Part shown: positions 38,937-51,321 of the stretch, piece by piece
How positions within the stretch are numbered: position 1 is the first letter of the stretch
Layout of the letters: the number at the start of each line of letters is the position of its first letter
NCBI RefSeq assembly: GCF_036365525.1
Contig: NC_090379.1
Span: forward strand, 93,109,206 to 93,173,205
Origin: Heterodontus francisci
Taxonomy: Eukaryota
Length of the DNA stretch: 64,000 nucleotides
Reading direction: 5' to 3'
Program-made: the position numbers and the translations under genes
Notes under the pieces: model-generated
What the model was told of the DNA's origin: nothing
Seen by the model: only the letters and a program-made list of their open reading frames with translations
Database searches by the model: none

Positions 38937-39044
38937 TTGTTATTAGAATACATTTACAACTCCCATGTTCATATAGCACTGCTATATTCAAGTGATGCAC
39001 GCTGACTGTTTTCACTTGTTACCTTTGCTAAATTGCATCTCAGT

Positions 39045-39590
39045 GTAATAAAATTGGCCTTGCCCCAACTGAGAACTTTAACTCCTGTTCTATCCTTGTC
39101 CTTTTCCATAATTATGTTAAAACTGACTGAATTGTGATCACTACCACCAAATGCTCTCCCACTGCCACTCCTTCCACCTGCCCATCTTCATTTCCTAAAA
39201 CTAAGTCTAAAACTGCACCCTCTCTTGTTGGACTTGCTACATACTGGGCAAAAAGATCTCCTGAATGCACCTCAAGAATTCTGCTCTCTCAATTTCTTTC
39301 ACCCAAAAACTATCCCAGTTAATATTGGGGTTGTTAAAATCCCCTACTATTACTGCCCTATTGTTCTTGCACTTCTCAGAGATTTGCTACATATTTGCTT
39401 TTCTATCTCCCTCTGACTGTTTGGGGGTCTATAGCACACTCCCAGCAGTATCATTGCCCCTTTTTTGTTCCTTAGCTGAATCCATATGGCCTCATTTGAA
39501 GAACCTTCCAACATATCATCCCTTCTCACAGCTATAATAGTTTCTTTGACCAAAATTGCCACTCCCCTCCTTTCTTATCCCCCTCCCTAT
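39045..39590 (-). mobile_element. CR1 endonuclease-region fragment
   Basis: AILVKETIIAVRRDD...EAIWIQLRNKKGAMILLGVCYRPPNS. Confidence 0.85.
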
Positions 39591-39815
39591 CGCAGAGTGG
39601 TTTGAGGCAGAGATTGACAGTTTTCTGGATACCAATGACGTGGAGGGATGTGGGGATGGTGTGGGAAAGAGGCTTTGAAGTGGACGATCAGCTGTGATCA
39701 TATTAAATGGTGGAGCAGGCTCGATGGGCTGATTGGCCTACTCCTACTCCTATGTTCCGATGTTTCTCTCTCCATAGTTGGTACCAGACCTGCTGAGTAT
39801 TTCCAGCATTTTCTG
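39591..39815 (+). mobile_element. CR1 3' tail followed by a short Penelope-like terminus fragment
   Basis: 'gggctgattggcctactcctactcctatgttccgatgtt', then 'tctctccatag..ccagacctgctgagtatttccagcattttct'. Confidence 0.7.
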
Positions 39816-40879
39816 GCTTCATGCCCTCAGGTAGGTTCTCGCAGAGGGATGGTGTGAATGATCAGAAGGAAGGGGGTGATCTGTAAAATGGGGAGGCAAT
39901 TGGGAAGGGGCTGAGTGGGTGCTGGCTGCATTCAGGACAGCCCAATATTGTAAATGATGCCTCAAACCCGCATTAGACCCCTTATGTCCATATGTAAAGG
40001 GCCTAAGGCTGTTTAGATGTGAGCTTTAGACTCTTTTTCTGCCTTTATCAATAAGTTGTGCTTCCCATGTATATTGAGTGCATGCACTGCGCCTGCCATA
40101 TTGGGTGGTTAGATGTCCATTTTGGGCCTGGAAAATGGGTGCAGCGCCATTGAACTTATCAGCCATGCACTCTAATGAATTCTTTCCAACATTGACGTGA
40201 GGAATTAAGACCCTCCCTCAGGCTAACCTTCCTCCTATATTTACAGAATTTAAAAATCCAACCTTGATGTTACCTTTTGAATGAGCTAATTTTTCTATTT
40301 TTCCTCACCCACTCAGTTCTATGAACCTTGGCTCTTCACAAACGTTTCTCCATGAAAAAAATAAAACAAACCAATCTACAAGTTATATGGCTTAACCAAT
40401 TGCCCAGATTTTCCACTTTCCCCGAAGATTCATCTACTCAGCTATATAACTTATCATATTACCAGATGATTGAAATTCATCTAGGGATGTGAGCACACTC
40501 ATTAGTTAATGCTCCTGTCTATTTGTCCTTCACTCTCCCTGTAACAGATTGATTAATAGCTGTAGAAATGCACATAAATGCAGACCTGAATAACAATTGT
40601 TATCTCTGAATTAAAATGGGTAAAAGTGGAATTATTTGATCTTCAGATCCTAACTGATCAATCTGTAAGTGTGTTTTTAAATTGAGTAGCGTTATTTTAA
40701 AAATATCTATTTTCCAGACTTCGTCCCACCCCTTAACATTTCCACAGTCACCATCTCGGAATCAGGATTCCAAATAGTAACACTATCCCATCAGGCACCT
40801 ATTGTCACACCATGGCAACATGTGTTATTACTCTTTTAAATTGTGATTTATAAAGTTACTGAACTTCAATTAAGTGTGG

Positions 40880-41300
40880 AGACCGGAGAAACTGGGATTG
40901 TCCTGCTTAGGGCAGAGAAGGATAAGGGAAGATTTAATATGGTGTTCATCATTATGAAGCACTCTGATAGTTTAAATCAGAAGAAGCTTTTCACAGGCAG
41001 GATGGTCAGTAACTAGAGGACACAGATTTAAGATAACTGGCAAAAGAACCAGAGGGGAGATGAGGAGAATTTTTTTTTTATGCAGTGAGTGCTAATGATC
41101 TGGAATGCTCTGCCTGATAGGCTGGTTGAAGCAGATACAATAGTAACTTTCAAAGGGAATTGGATAAATACTCGAAAAGGAAACATTTGCAGGGCGATGG
41201 GGAAAGAGCAGGGGAATGGGGCTAATTGTATTGCTTTTTCAAAGAGCCAGAGCAGGGGCAATGGGTGGACTGGCCTCCTTCTGCGCTGTATGGTTCCATG
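40880..41300 (+). mobile_element. CR1 3' fragment
   Basis: IWNALPDRLVEADTIVTFK; 'aactagaggacacagatttaagataa'; CR1 tail hairpin. Confidence 0.8.
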
Positions 41301-41435
41301 AGCATGTATCCTATGTCCTCCCCAAAATGTTGAGATTAAGCATTTAATGATTCCTATAGTGTAAGCACTTTGGCTGAGAATAAGACATTCATGTTATTTA
41401 TAGTCAGTCGATTGATAAACACAAAATAAAACATT

Positions 41436-42252
41436 GGGCTGAATTTTATTAGCTCGCCACACATCGCGGTGGTGCACTTTGAACTCTGACAAGGAAGTGC
41501 CGCCGATGAGCCCCTGCGATATTTCGTGTGGGGGCGCATTTAAATGGAGGGGGTGGAGCGGACGCCCCGATGACGTAGAGGGTGGTGACGCACAGTGTCT
41601 GGTGCCACCGTGCAGGCACCGGCGACATTTTTAAAGGGCTTCAAGTCCTTCAGTCTCATTAAAATTTTTAAAGATGCCGGCACCCAGATGTAACAAGCAA
41701 AATGTCAGAAACACATCCAATCACCTTCCCATCTGCACCCCCCAACTGAGTTATCAATTAATAAAATAACCAATTTCCTCTGAAAAAGCAATTTGTAAAA
41801 TAATAATGTTAACCCCCTATCTTCAGAACATTTGACCCTCAACCCCTTCCCAACCACCCTACAACCAATTGAAAAGGTTTTCCCCACTTGCCCACCGCCC
41901 CCCCCCCCACACCCTGATAATTTCACTCCTCCCCCTCCCCACCAGTGTCTCGCCTCGGAACTCTGTACGGAGCTCCGAAGGCACCCGAGTTGCGGCCAGT
42001 GGCCGTAAAATCAGCGTGGGATGGCCGCCAGGACCAGGTAAGCTAATTAGCATTAATTTCAATTCATTTTAATATTAAAATGAAGGCCCCGCCGCCGAGC
42101 GACCTGGGGGCCATACTGAGGCCTCGCCGCTGCTGGTAAAATGCGGTGGGGCCTTCTTGGTGTTGGGAGTCGTGGCAGACCGCTCCCGCAAGTATTTTAC
42201 GGGATACCCTCGCCACGACCCCCAACATCGAGGGGTTGGTAAAATTCAGCCC
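41436..42252. mobile_element. PIF/Harbinger-type MITE
   Basis: 13-bp TIRs GGGCTGAATTTTA / TAAAATTCAGCCC; 3-bp TSD ATT on both sides; CpG-rich interior. Confidence 0.88.
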
Positions 42253-43249
42253 ATTGTGTTTGAATTTATAAAAAGGACATATAGCTTTGGGAATACTAAA
42301 AATTAAAGTTTAAAATTTATGTTCAGTTCCTCCTGTCTATTTAACTGCCACAAACAATTTAAAGACGGGCCCCTTATAACATTGGCTTTTTTATTATCTA
42401 TATCATTAATGCACTGGAAGGGCTCATTACAATCAGTTGTTACTCCATTTTGTCATTCTGATTTGACAACAGTAATTGTACATAAACTGACAGACAGAAA
42501 GCAAAAGCTGCCAATACAAGTCAGGAACCAGGGCAGTGATACAGCAAAGGAGAGGAATTATACATTACCGCAAAACATTTAGCATAATTCCTCAGAAACT
42601 CTAAAGCATCTATCGGTTTTGGGGTCATCAGATTGACAACTCTCTTATTCGATGTGGACTGTTTTCTTTCCCCCTAGGTCTCCTTTGAACTTGGAGCCAA
42701 CAACAAGCCTTTGATCCTGATGCCTAGTTTTAGCAAGATGTGTTTTATAGAGCTAAATCCTGATTGGTTTGCTTTTGAAGCCTAGTTGGCTACATAACTC
42801 TCAATAAATAACACAAATGGGAATCATTTACTTACTGTGCTCTGCAAGCATGAAGCCTCAGGAGGTATCGGGAAATCGCAACAGTCCCTAAGATGTAGAC
42901 ACTAGGGGTTCATTGCTTTGTGAGAAGATGGCTACAGCCACTTGCTCAGGGAGACACGACGGGTCAGAAGTGCCACTACAGAACTCTTAGATGTCTTCAA
43001 GCCTGCCATAGTCAGAGGATATATCCTCATGAAGTTCAATGATCAGATTGGAGAACAATGAGGCTCAGCAAAATCTTTGAATTCCTGTCTGAAGGTTGCC
43101 TGAGAGAAATTTTTAAGCGAGCTACACTGGCCTTCACTACGTTTTGGAGTTAGGACCCCAAAACATGCATAGAGGCAGTGATTGCAATTATCAAAGGCTT
43201 TTACACTTTGTTGTCTGATTTTTGTGTAACTGCTTTTCCAGCTCCATGC

Positions 43250-43560
43250 TCAACAACAACATTTGTATAGCACCTTTAGCAAAATAAAACATCCTAAGGC
43301 ACTTCACCTGAGATTAATCAGTCAAAAATTGAAACAGCTGAAGGTGGAGATATTAGGACAGGTGCCTAAAAACTTGGTCACAGAGGCAGATTTTAAGGAA
43401 CATCTTACAGGAAGAGAGAGAGATAGAAAGGATAACAGAGGATTGAAGACAATGTCAGTGGTGGGACAAAGGAAGTGGGGTGCACAAGTGGTTAAGGTTG
43501 GAAACTGAAGGAGTTAATAGTGATAGGGAGGGGTGAGGTCATGAAGAGATTTGAACGATG
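43250..43560 (-). mobile_element. L2 3' end
   Basis: 'caacaacaacatttgtatagcacctttagc...catcctaaggcacttcac', the same tail as 581-960. Confidence 0.7.
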
Positions 43561-43854
43561 GTAGATTGTGGTTGGACCATCTCTTGCAGTGCAATGGATA
43601 TGTAGCCAAGCTGTGTATCCCAAAGTAACTTTTAAGAGGCATTCAGCACATGGGCCATCTGCCTTCATCTCCTGTTCCTTTAGCAGCCTCCTTCTCTGTT
43701 TCCCCAGCATTACCTGGGCCCCTATTATGATGCATCTTCCTCAATGCTACATAATGGACATAAAGTGCAAGTATATTATTTGGGTTGCGAATGGATGCAT
43801 AGATTGATGATGATGCTTGATGTTGTGACAGTGCTGTTCAGCTGCATCAGTAGT

Positions 43855-44030
43855 ATATAGGAACCTGGAACAGGAGCAGGCCATTCAGTCCCTTAAGCCT
43901 GTTGTAAAATTTGATCATATCATGGCTGATCTGTACCTCAACTGCATTCACACACCTTTGCTTCATATCCTTCAATATCCTTACTGAACAAAAATCTATC
44001 AATCTCAGTCTTGAAAATTTGAATTGATCA
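43855..44030 (-). mobile_element. CR1 3' tail
   Basis: 'aacaggagcaggccattcagtccctt..catggctgatct' is the reverse complement of the CR1 3' UTR. Confidence 0.7.
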
Positions 44031-44229
44031 GAGCTGCCATCTCTAAATTCTTTGAACGGGGCAAATGGGATGTATTTAGTACTTAAGAACCCTCACCATT
44101 TGTGTTTTGTGTTTTTATTGCATGAAGTATGAAACACTTCTGCATATGTGTGTGCTTGTGAAGATGTTGTAGCATGTGGTGCAAATCATACAATATCTAA
44201 TGAATATGGTACACAGCAGGCTATCCATG

Positions 44230-44945
44230 AGCCTTGGTGATATGTTTGACCATAAGCTGCATTTCAAACGCCATAACCTATCCATCACTAGAGCTGCTTA
44301 TTTCTACCTCCACAACATTGTTCAACTCCACACATGCCTAAACCTCACTTGCACTTTTTAAAATCCCTTATCCACGTTTTTGTGTTACTTGAAACTTTGA
44401 CTTCTCCAACGCTCATCTGCCTTGTTTCATTCTACACTGGCTCTAAGTCTACAGAAATCTGCCAGCCACATCCTGCCCCGCCCTCGCCACTTTCTGCTCA
44501 CTCATTACCCTTTCCTCAGTTGGCCTCCATTGTCCTCTGACATATTGAATTCAAAGTCCCTACTTATAAATTGCTCCGTTGCCTTCTCCCACTCTCACGC
44601 TCACTCTTCAGACCCCTGGAGCCTTATGTTCCAAGATGCATCCTATTATTCTCCAACTCTGGCCTCCTTTATACACCTCTCCCCTAATGCCCCTCATCTG
44701 GTGTCAGAGCTTTCAGCAGACGATATCCTAACCTCTGGAACTCCCCCCGCCTAAACTCCGTTACATTGCTACTTTTCTCCCCTCCTTTAAAGACCCTTTC
44801 AGGACTTGTCCTATCCTATTGGTTGTACATTCTGTCAACTCTCCTAATATTTATCCTACTGTTCAATCAAACTGCTCCTATCTAAAGCAGCATGCGATGT
44901 TTTATTATGTTAAAAGTGCTAGACAAGTACAAGTTATTGTTGTAG
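44230..44945 (+). mobile_element. Highly decayed L2 3' fragment
   Basis: SITRAAYFYLHNIVQLHTCL, LKSLIHVFV; tail 'ttttattatgttaaaagtgcta...aagttattgttgt'. Confidence 0.65.
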
Positions 44946-46529
44946 CACAATAAATTTGGAAGCAAAATTTGTCACATCCACCACCTTGATCCTGGTTAAT
45001 TAATTGTAAAATATCTTGGAAATAAACAGTTGAAACAGCAAAACCCACATAAGGCAGAAGGTCAAAGAATCAGATGGTCAGATTTTCAGATGAGATTAAG
45101 GTTACAATGCACTTTGGACATAAATTTACAGCAAGCCATATTAACATCTGAGCCTGAGCTTTGCACTGCCTGGCAAGGTGGCACCTGATATCGGGTTTTC
45201 TATAACCAGTTTCTCCCTTCTCCTGAATTCACTGATTCCACAGATGCTGTCCCCAAGTCGTCATGTACGTATCTTGACAGGGAGTATGGGCAGGCTTTTA
45301 CAAGCAAGTCCATTCCAATCCTCATCTGAAGCATGTACACATGCATACACTTTCCAGAAGAGATCACCTGTTAGAAATCAGGAATAAGCCCTGGGCTGCA
45401 TAGCTGAGCTGTATCCTTTCATTCATCATTCAGATGCCGCTTTATTCATGTGCGAGATTTTTTTGGGACACTTTATTGTCTGACACTTCAAGAATGTTAC
45501 ACTTTGTTGTTCTGACATGTGCCCTTTAATTATAATGGCACACAGCATATGATGCTTCTCAGATCCTGTGGCAATTAGATTACATCAGGGGGCAATCTCA
45601 GTGGTGGAGTGTCCCAAATTCCCTCTGGAATCTGTCACGGCCGGTGATTTATGAGGGTTGTTTCTTCATCCCAGAAAGCTCACCTCCTTTATAAATGATG
45701 GAGTCCTGCAGGACCAAGTGCAGATTCACTTTGGTTTATAATTCACTTTGGCCAGTCATGGCCAGAACTTCTGTTTTCCACACAGTGAGACCATAGCTTT
45801 TGTTGTTAGTTTTCCCATTAAAGCATTAAACAATGGCCCATACAGGATAGATGGGCTTCACCTGAACAAGGCTGCTTACTGGGAGACTAACCAGTGCTGC
45901 TTAAACTAATACGGCAGGAGGTGGGAAAATTGAGTCGAGAAAGCAGAGAGAAAAAGCAGAGACTATGGAGCGTAGGAAAGGTAAAAGAGAAAAATGATCA
46001 GAAGGAGGATGGAGTAAAATGACTAAGACAGCAAATGGATAGAGGGAAGTTTCAGTTAAATGTACATCAATTCACATTGTGAATAAAACTGGTGAGCTAA
46101 TGCATATAATGCTATGGTTCAGGCATAACCATGTAATAATATTAATGATATGGCATTGACTATTGGCAGGACGGGAGCTGAAATATTTCTGGCTACAGAG
46201 CTTTCAGGGGATGTAGTGGGAAAATAGGGAGGAAATGTGGCTGCATTAATCGAAGCTTCCATTTCAGTGCTAAAATATAGGCTTGATATAGAGGTTGGTA
46301 GAAAAACTGAATCTGTTTGGTTAGAGTGAAGGGATAAGAAGGGAACTGTTATTCTATAGGGAGTATATTCTAGACTGCAGAACAGTAGAAAGAAGATCGA
46401 GGAAGGGATATAAAGATATAATAGATAAAAATGCAGAAACAATGGGGCTATAATAATGGGTGATTCAATTATCCAAAGACATTACTGTAACCCCAGACTA
46501 TGGGTAGTGAAGAGGGGGAAGGGTTTCTA

Positions 46530-46661
46530 CAATGTACCCAGGATTGTTGTTCATCAATGTACCCAGGATTGTTGTTTATCAATATACCCAGGATTGTTGT
46601 TTATCAATGTACCCAGGATTGTTGTTTATCAATATACCCAGGATTGTTGTTTATCAATATG
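46530..46661 (+). repeat. 25-bp minisatellite, 5 full units plus a partial unit
   Basis: Unit CAAT(G/A)TACCCAGGATTGTTGTTTAT starting at 46530, 46555, 46580, 46605, 46630 and 46655. Confidence 0.95.
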
Positions 46662-47872
46662 CCTTTAGTTCAACAATGGAAGAGGGAGTGCTGGATCTAG
46701 TTCAAAGAAATTATTTGGGCAAGTATACAACATGAGGGTAAGGGGAAACAGCAACTAGAATGTAATCAGGTTCCACATGAACATTAAAAAGGAGATAAAG
46801 GTACTTGACTGGAGAAAAGCCAATTTAAATGAGATAAAAAGGGAACTAGCTCAAATAAATTGGCAAGTGGTCAGCACACGCAGAATGGGAAATGTTCAAA
46901 CTGGAGATGATAAGGGTACTGACCAGATAAATTCCCAGAAGAAACTAGAGTCTTGCAGCAAAAGTAGGAGTTCCTTGGATGAGTAGAAAAATTAAAATCA
47001 AAAATTAGACTTAAAACATGATATATGACAAATCTATGGCTAATAACATAACTGAAAATTCAGCTGAAAATACAGAGGAAAAGCAAAATAGATTAGAAAG
47101 GTGAAGAGAGGTATGAAGAAAGACTAGCAAGTAGAAATATAGGTAGAAGTAAAAGAAAGTATTTTATAAATATATGAAAAGTAAACAGATAGTTAAATAA
47201 AGGGTAGGGATGTTTAGGGATGAAAAAGTAAATATATTATCTTATGGAGGGTAAAGGTTTGGTCTTGATTTTCACAGAAGAGTATGAGAGTTGAGGTGAA
47301 ATGGTACATGAGCAGATGGATAATTATACAGGATAACTACAGATAAGGAAATAATGCTGGAAGATTTGGTACAAGTCAAAGTGGAAAAGGTACCAAAGCC
47401 TAATGGCAGGTATCTTAAAATGCTCAAGGAGGTAAGAAAGAAAATAGAAGAGGCTCTGGTCATAATCTGTCAAGCATCCTTAGATATGGCAGTTGTGCCA
47501 GAGGCCTAGAGGGTTATCATTGTAACACCTTTGGTCATATAGGAAGAAAAGAGCGAATAAAGTAACTGTAGACCAGTCAGCCTAATATTGGTGGTGCATA
47601 AACTTTTAAAGGCTGTAATATATGATAATATGAATACTCACCTGAAAGATGTGGTTAAATTAAGGACAGCTAGCATGCATTTGGCAAAACAAGTAATCTT
47701 TGATAGATTTAATAAAGTTCTTGGAAGAAATAATAAAGTGTACTGACAAAGGAAATGCAGTGGATGTTGTGTACATAGATTTAAAAAGGGCATTTTATAA
47801 GGTGCTGCATAGGAGGCTTGCTGGTAAAATAAGGCATGTGATATTAAAGGGAGTGTGGCAGCATGAATAGGA

Positions 47873-48004
47873 TAAAAGCAAAATAGTGCAGATGCTGGAA
47901 ATCTGAAATAAAAACAAGAAATGCTGGAAATACTCAGCAGGTCTGGCAGCATCTGTGGAGAGAGAAGCAGAGTTAACATTTTAGGTCAGTGACCCTTCAT
48001 CTTT
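47873..48004 (-). mobile_element. Penelope-like terminus inserted in the old CR1
   Basis: 11-bp direct repeat CATGAATAGGA (47862-47872, 48005-48015); ends in a degenerate hammerhead core (minus: gatgaagggtcactgacctaaaatgttaac). Confidence 0.8.
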
Positions 48005-50139
48005 CATGAATAGGAAGCTGGTTAAAGGATAGGGAGAAGTGGTTAATGGATGTTTTTCAGACTGGAGGAGTATAAACAAAAGTGTCCCACAGGGGTTAGT
48101 GTTGGGCTACTGCTCTTCCTAATATATATAAATGATCTGGATTAAGGTATAGGAGACATAATATCAAGTTTTCAGACTACACAAAAAAAAGCAAGTACGG
48201 TTAACCATGAAAACAACTGCAAACAATTTCAGGAGAAAGTAAGTTAGTGGATAGGGCAGATAGATGTGAGATGAAATTTAATGCAGAGGAATGTGAGATG
48301 CAGGAGAAAGAATAAGGCGAGGGCTTACACATTAAATGGTAAAACTTTAGAACAGTAGAGAGCACAGAAATGTAAGGGTTCAGATACACAAGTCATTAAG
48401 ACTGGGTAGCTAAGTTGATAAAGCTGCAAATAAAGGATTCTAATTTCTAAATGGGATAATGTTTAACCTATACAAATGGTTTGATTGTTTTGGGTTTGAT
48501 TGTATTAGTCTGTCCACTGATCAGTGTTCACTGTACTTAATTGCTTAACACGAGAATAGATGAAACTCAAACTAAAAAGGCAGGCTGGAAGGTTCTAGTA
48601 AAAAGAGACTGTTCTGATAGAGACATCGTACTGAAATCTTGCAAGTGCTGAGATTTTTTGAAGTACTGTAAATAAACTAGTTGTTGACTCAGAACTAGTG
48701 TCATCTCTGCATTGTTTTAAGTCAGATATATAAAGTATCCAGCAAAACCAGTGAATACATAATAAAAACCAGAGAAACTGGGGCTCTTTTCATTAGAATA
48801 AGGAGGTTTACAGCAGATCTGATAGAGTCGTGAAAGGCTTTGATAAGGTAAACTGAGAAAGACTGGTAACATTGGTAACTAGAATGCATAAATTTAAGAA
48901 AATCGGCAAAGGAATGAAGAGATAGGATAGGAGAAATGTTGTAAGCAGAGGGTCATTAGAACACAGAATGCTCTACCGGAAACTGTGATGGAAACAGGAT
49001 TGGGAATAGCGTTTAAAAGGGAAATGGATAAGTATTTGAAAAAGAAATGAGGAAAGGGCAGGGGGAATGAGACTAAGTGAGCAGCTCCTTCAGATATCTG
49101 GCATGGATGTGATGGGCCAAATAGCCTATTTCTGTTCTGCAGAATTCTATGAAACCAGCATAATCACTGCTTTTTCCAATGGCCTCATTTCTGCCACAGT
49201 GATAACAAAATGAGCAAAGAATTTTCCCACTGAAAAACATGAACAAGCAAAAAAATTAATATTAAGTAGTCTAGAATAACATCAATATTCCTAAAAGCAG
49301 AAAATATGACTGATGATGTCACATCCAGCACTAAAACTATTAAAATGTGTTTCTTGTTGCAAAGCATCACGAGTTAATAGAATGTTGCATTTTACATTCA
49401 GTGACCTGATGCCTGCAGATGGCGCTGAGTATTCAAATTTTTTTTGTAAAGCATTGAGATGCTCATTAAGGTTACAGCAACAAGATTTCTTGTTTACATT
49501 GCAAAGCAGTAATGACAGTCTTTGACTGAAATGAATCACATTGTTTAGTAAGATTTCTCTTCATCTATCTGTAAGCGCACAGTTAGAACATGTTTGTTGC
49601 AGTCTTTGAATATTTATTTGTGAAATTGTTTGCTGGGAGCAGGCAAAGATTCTCAACTGCTCTTGGAGGCAGTGAGCTAAACTGGATAATTTTCTGTGAG
49701 GCCTGAAAGGAAGATGTGGATTGTGGTATCTAATGTGTGTGTTAGTGTGAGTGCATGTGTTAGTGTGGGTTAGGGGCCTCAAAACCACTGAGGATTGTGC
49801 ATGTGCAGATTGATGATAGTGGGGATCTCAATTTTCATTAACATTGTATATATCTAGTTCCACCTTACGATGTTAGAGTAACTGGAGCAGGGAGGATTAA
49901 TCACACAGAGGAAAACAAACGGCATAGACCTAGGATGGTTTGGACTTGAATGCTTGCTTCTAGATCTTCACTGATAAAGTTTGCTGATCTCGTGATGCAG
50001 TGACTTCACGGCACTTACTGAGACAATGTTGTGATCTTTTATAAAACCAAAATATTGCAGATGATGTAAATCTGAAATAAAAACAGAAAGTGCTGGAAAT
50101 ACTCAGCAGGTCAGCCAGCATCTGTGGAGGGAGAAGCAG

Positions 50140-50176
50140 AGTTAACGTTTCAGGTCTGTGACCCTTCATCAGAACT
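50140..50176 (-). ncRNA. Minimal type I hammerhead ribozyme motif
   Basis: Minus strand AGUU-CUGAUGA-A-GGGUC-ACA-GACCU-GAAA-CG-UUAACU: conserved core, stem II, palindromic mini stem III, short stem I. Confidence 0.7.
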
Positions 50177-50246
50177 GACAAAGGTAAGAAAAGTATTAGT
50201 ATTACCTAATTACCTAGTATTACCTATTACTTTTCGAACTTTTGTC

Positions 50247-50283
50247 AGTTCTGATGAAAGGTCACAGACCTGAAACGTTAACT
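50247..50283 (+). ncRNA. Minimal type I hammerhead ribozyme motif
   Basis: AGUU-CUGAUGA-A-AGGUC-ACA-GACCU-GAAA-CG-UUAACU, the arrangement described for Penelope-like element hammerheads. Confidence 0.7.
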
Positions 50284-51321
50284 CTGCTTCTCTCTCCACA
50301 GATGCTGGCTGACCTGCTGAGTATTTCCAGCACTTTCTATTGTGATCTTTTATATAGACCGTGTGATTCAGCGTTAGCTCTTAATCCTCCAAAAAACAAG
50401 AATCCGTTTCCACAGCATCTTTTACAACATGTGGCTATGCTCGGTAGTTGCACCTACTTTTATTATTTGGTCCATTGTCTGTCAAGTGACAAAACATAAT
50501 TAACTTGGTTTTATTCAAACGAAAGTCAGCATGTCATCAACTAAGATAGTGTAATAAACACCTAATAAAAACAGATTATTTTGTCTAGTGTTGCCCAGCA
50601 GCATACAGTGAGGCAAAGCTGGGCCCACAGGTGTTCAACAACAAGAGCGAGGTTGGACAGTGATCCCCGTCAAAAAGTGAATGCAGACAAATTCTCAGAG
50701 TGCCTTCAAATCATTGCCAGGCCAAACATTGGAGCCAGCTGTACAGCTAGCTCTGTGCAATCAAACATCAAACCTTTAACAAATGCCATGCCTTAACCCT
50801 CAGACTCTGAAATGCTCTCCTCTGTTTCCCTCTCTTTCAAATGTCTAAAGAGGCCAAATTTTTCTCCTTGCTCTCACTCCAAATCTGACTGAAGCTTCTA
50901 ATGGATGGATTTGAAATAAATAGAGAGAGACAGATTGTTCCATTTAGGATTAAAAGCTTGGCAACATTCAGTTTGGTTAAGAAGGAAACATGAAACAGAT
51001 TATGAGGATAGTTATTGGGAGGTAGCCTAATGGAAAAAGATCTATTTTATAATTGTTTGCTAAAAATGGTCTTTGATTTCTTTTTCTCTGACCTTTAAAA
51101 AACTCTTCCATCTGGGTCAATGTGGGTTTAAAAAAAAATCAAATAATGTATGTTGTGAAATGAAACATTATACATTTAAGAGGGACTGTTTGATCCAAAT
51201 ACCAGTCCTGTACCGATACTGCAATCAGGTGTTCTGGTACTAAATATATACTAGTCTACAGTCTCTTTAGTGATCTGTTTCCTAAAAAGTCTGTTGGGTT
51301 TTGTCTTAGGGTCATTTATGA

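Larger units (their letters stand above)
45835..49155 (+). mobile_element. Old, nearly full-length CR1 LINE (ORF1 end, EN, RT, 3' UTR), heavily decayed
   Basis: ORF1 esterase-like DGLHLN near 45850; IIMGDS..., KVLDWRKANL, 'aactgtagaccagtcagcctaa' (NYRPVSL-like), 'agtgtcccacaggggttagtgttggg' (GVPQGSVLG-like); tail 'gggccaaatagcctatttctgttctg..attctatga'. Confidence 0.8.
50044..50339. mobile_element. Penelope-like element termini as an inverted pair
   Basis: Inverted arms at about 50085-50182 and 50241-50338; 15-bp direct repeat TTGTGATCTTTTATA (50029-50043, 50340-50354); spacer holds (tattaccta)-type repeats. Confidence 0.85.

Noticed and set aside
46530-46661. CRISPR-like array or repeat-protein ORFs
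   Set aside because: Units are head-to-tail with no unique spacers, the DNA is eukaryotic, and the ORFs are by-products of the repeat.
48477-48750. Possible short solo LTR inside the old CR1 (TGGTTTG...CAAAACCA, AATAAA)
   Set aside because: No TSD and no second copy in the window, so support is too weak to list.
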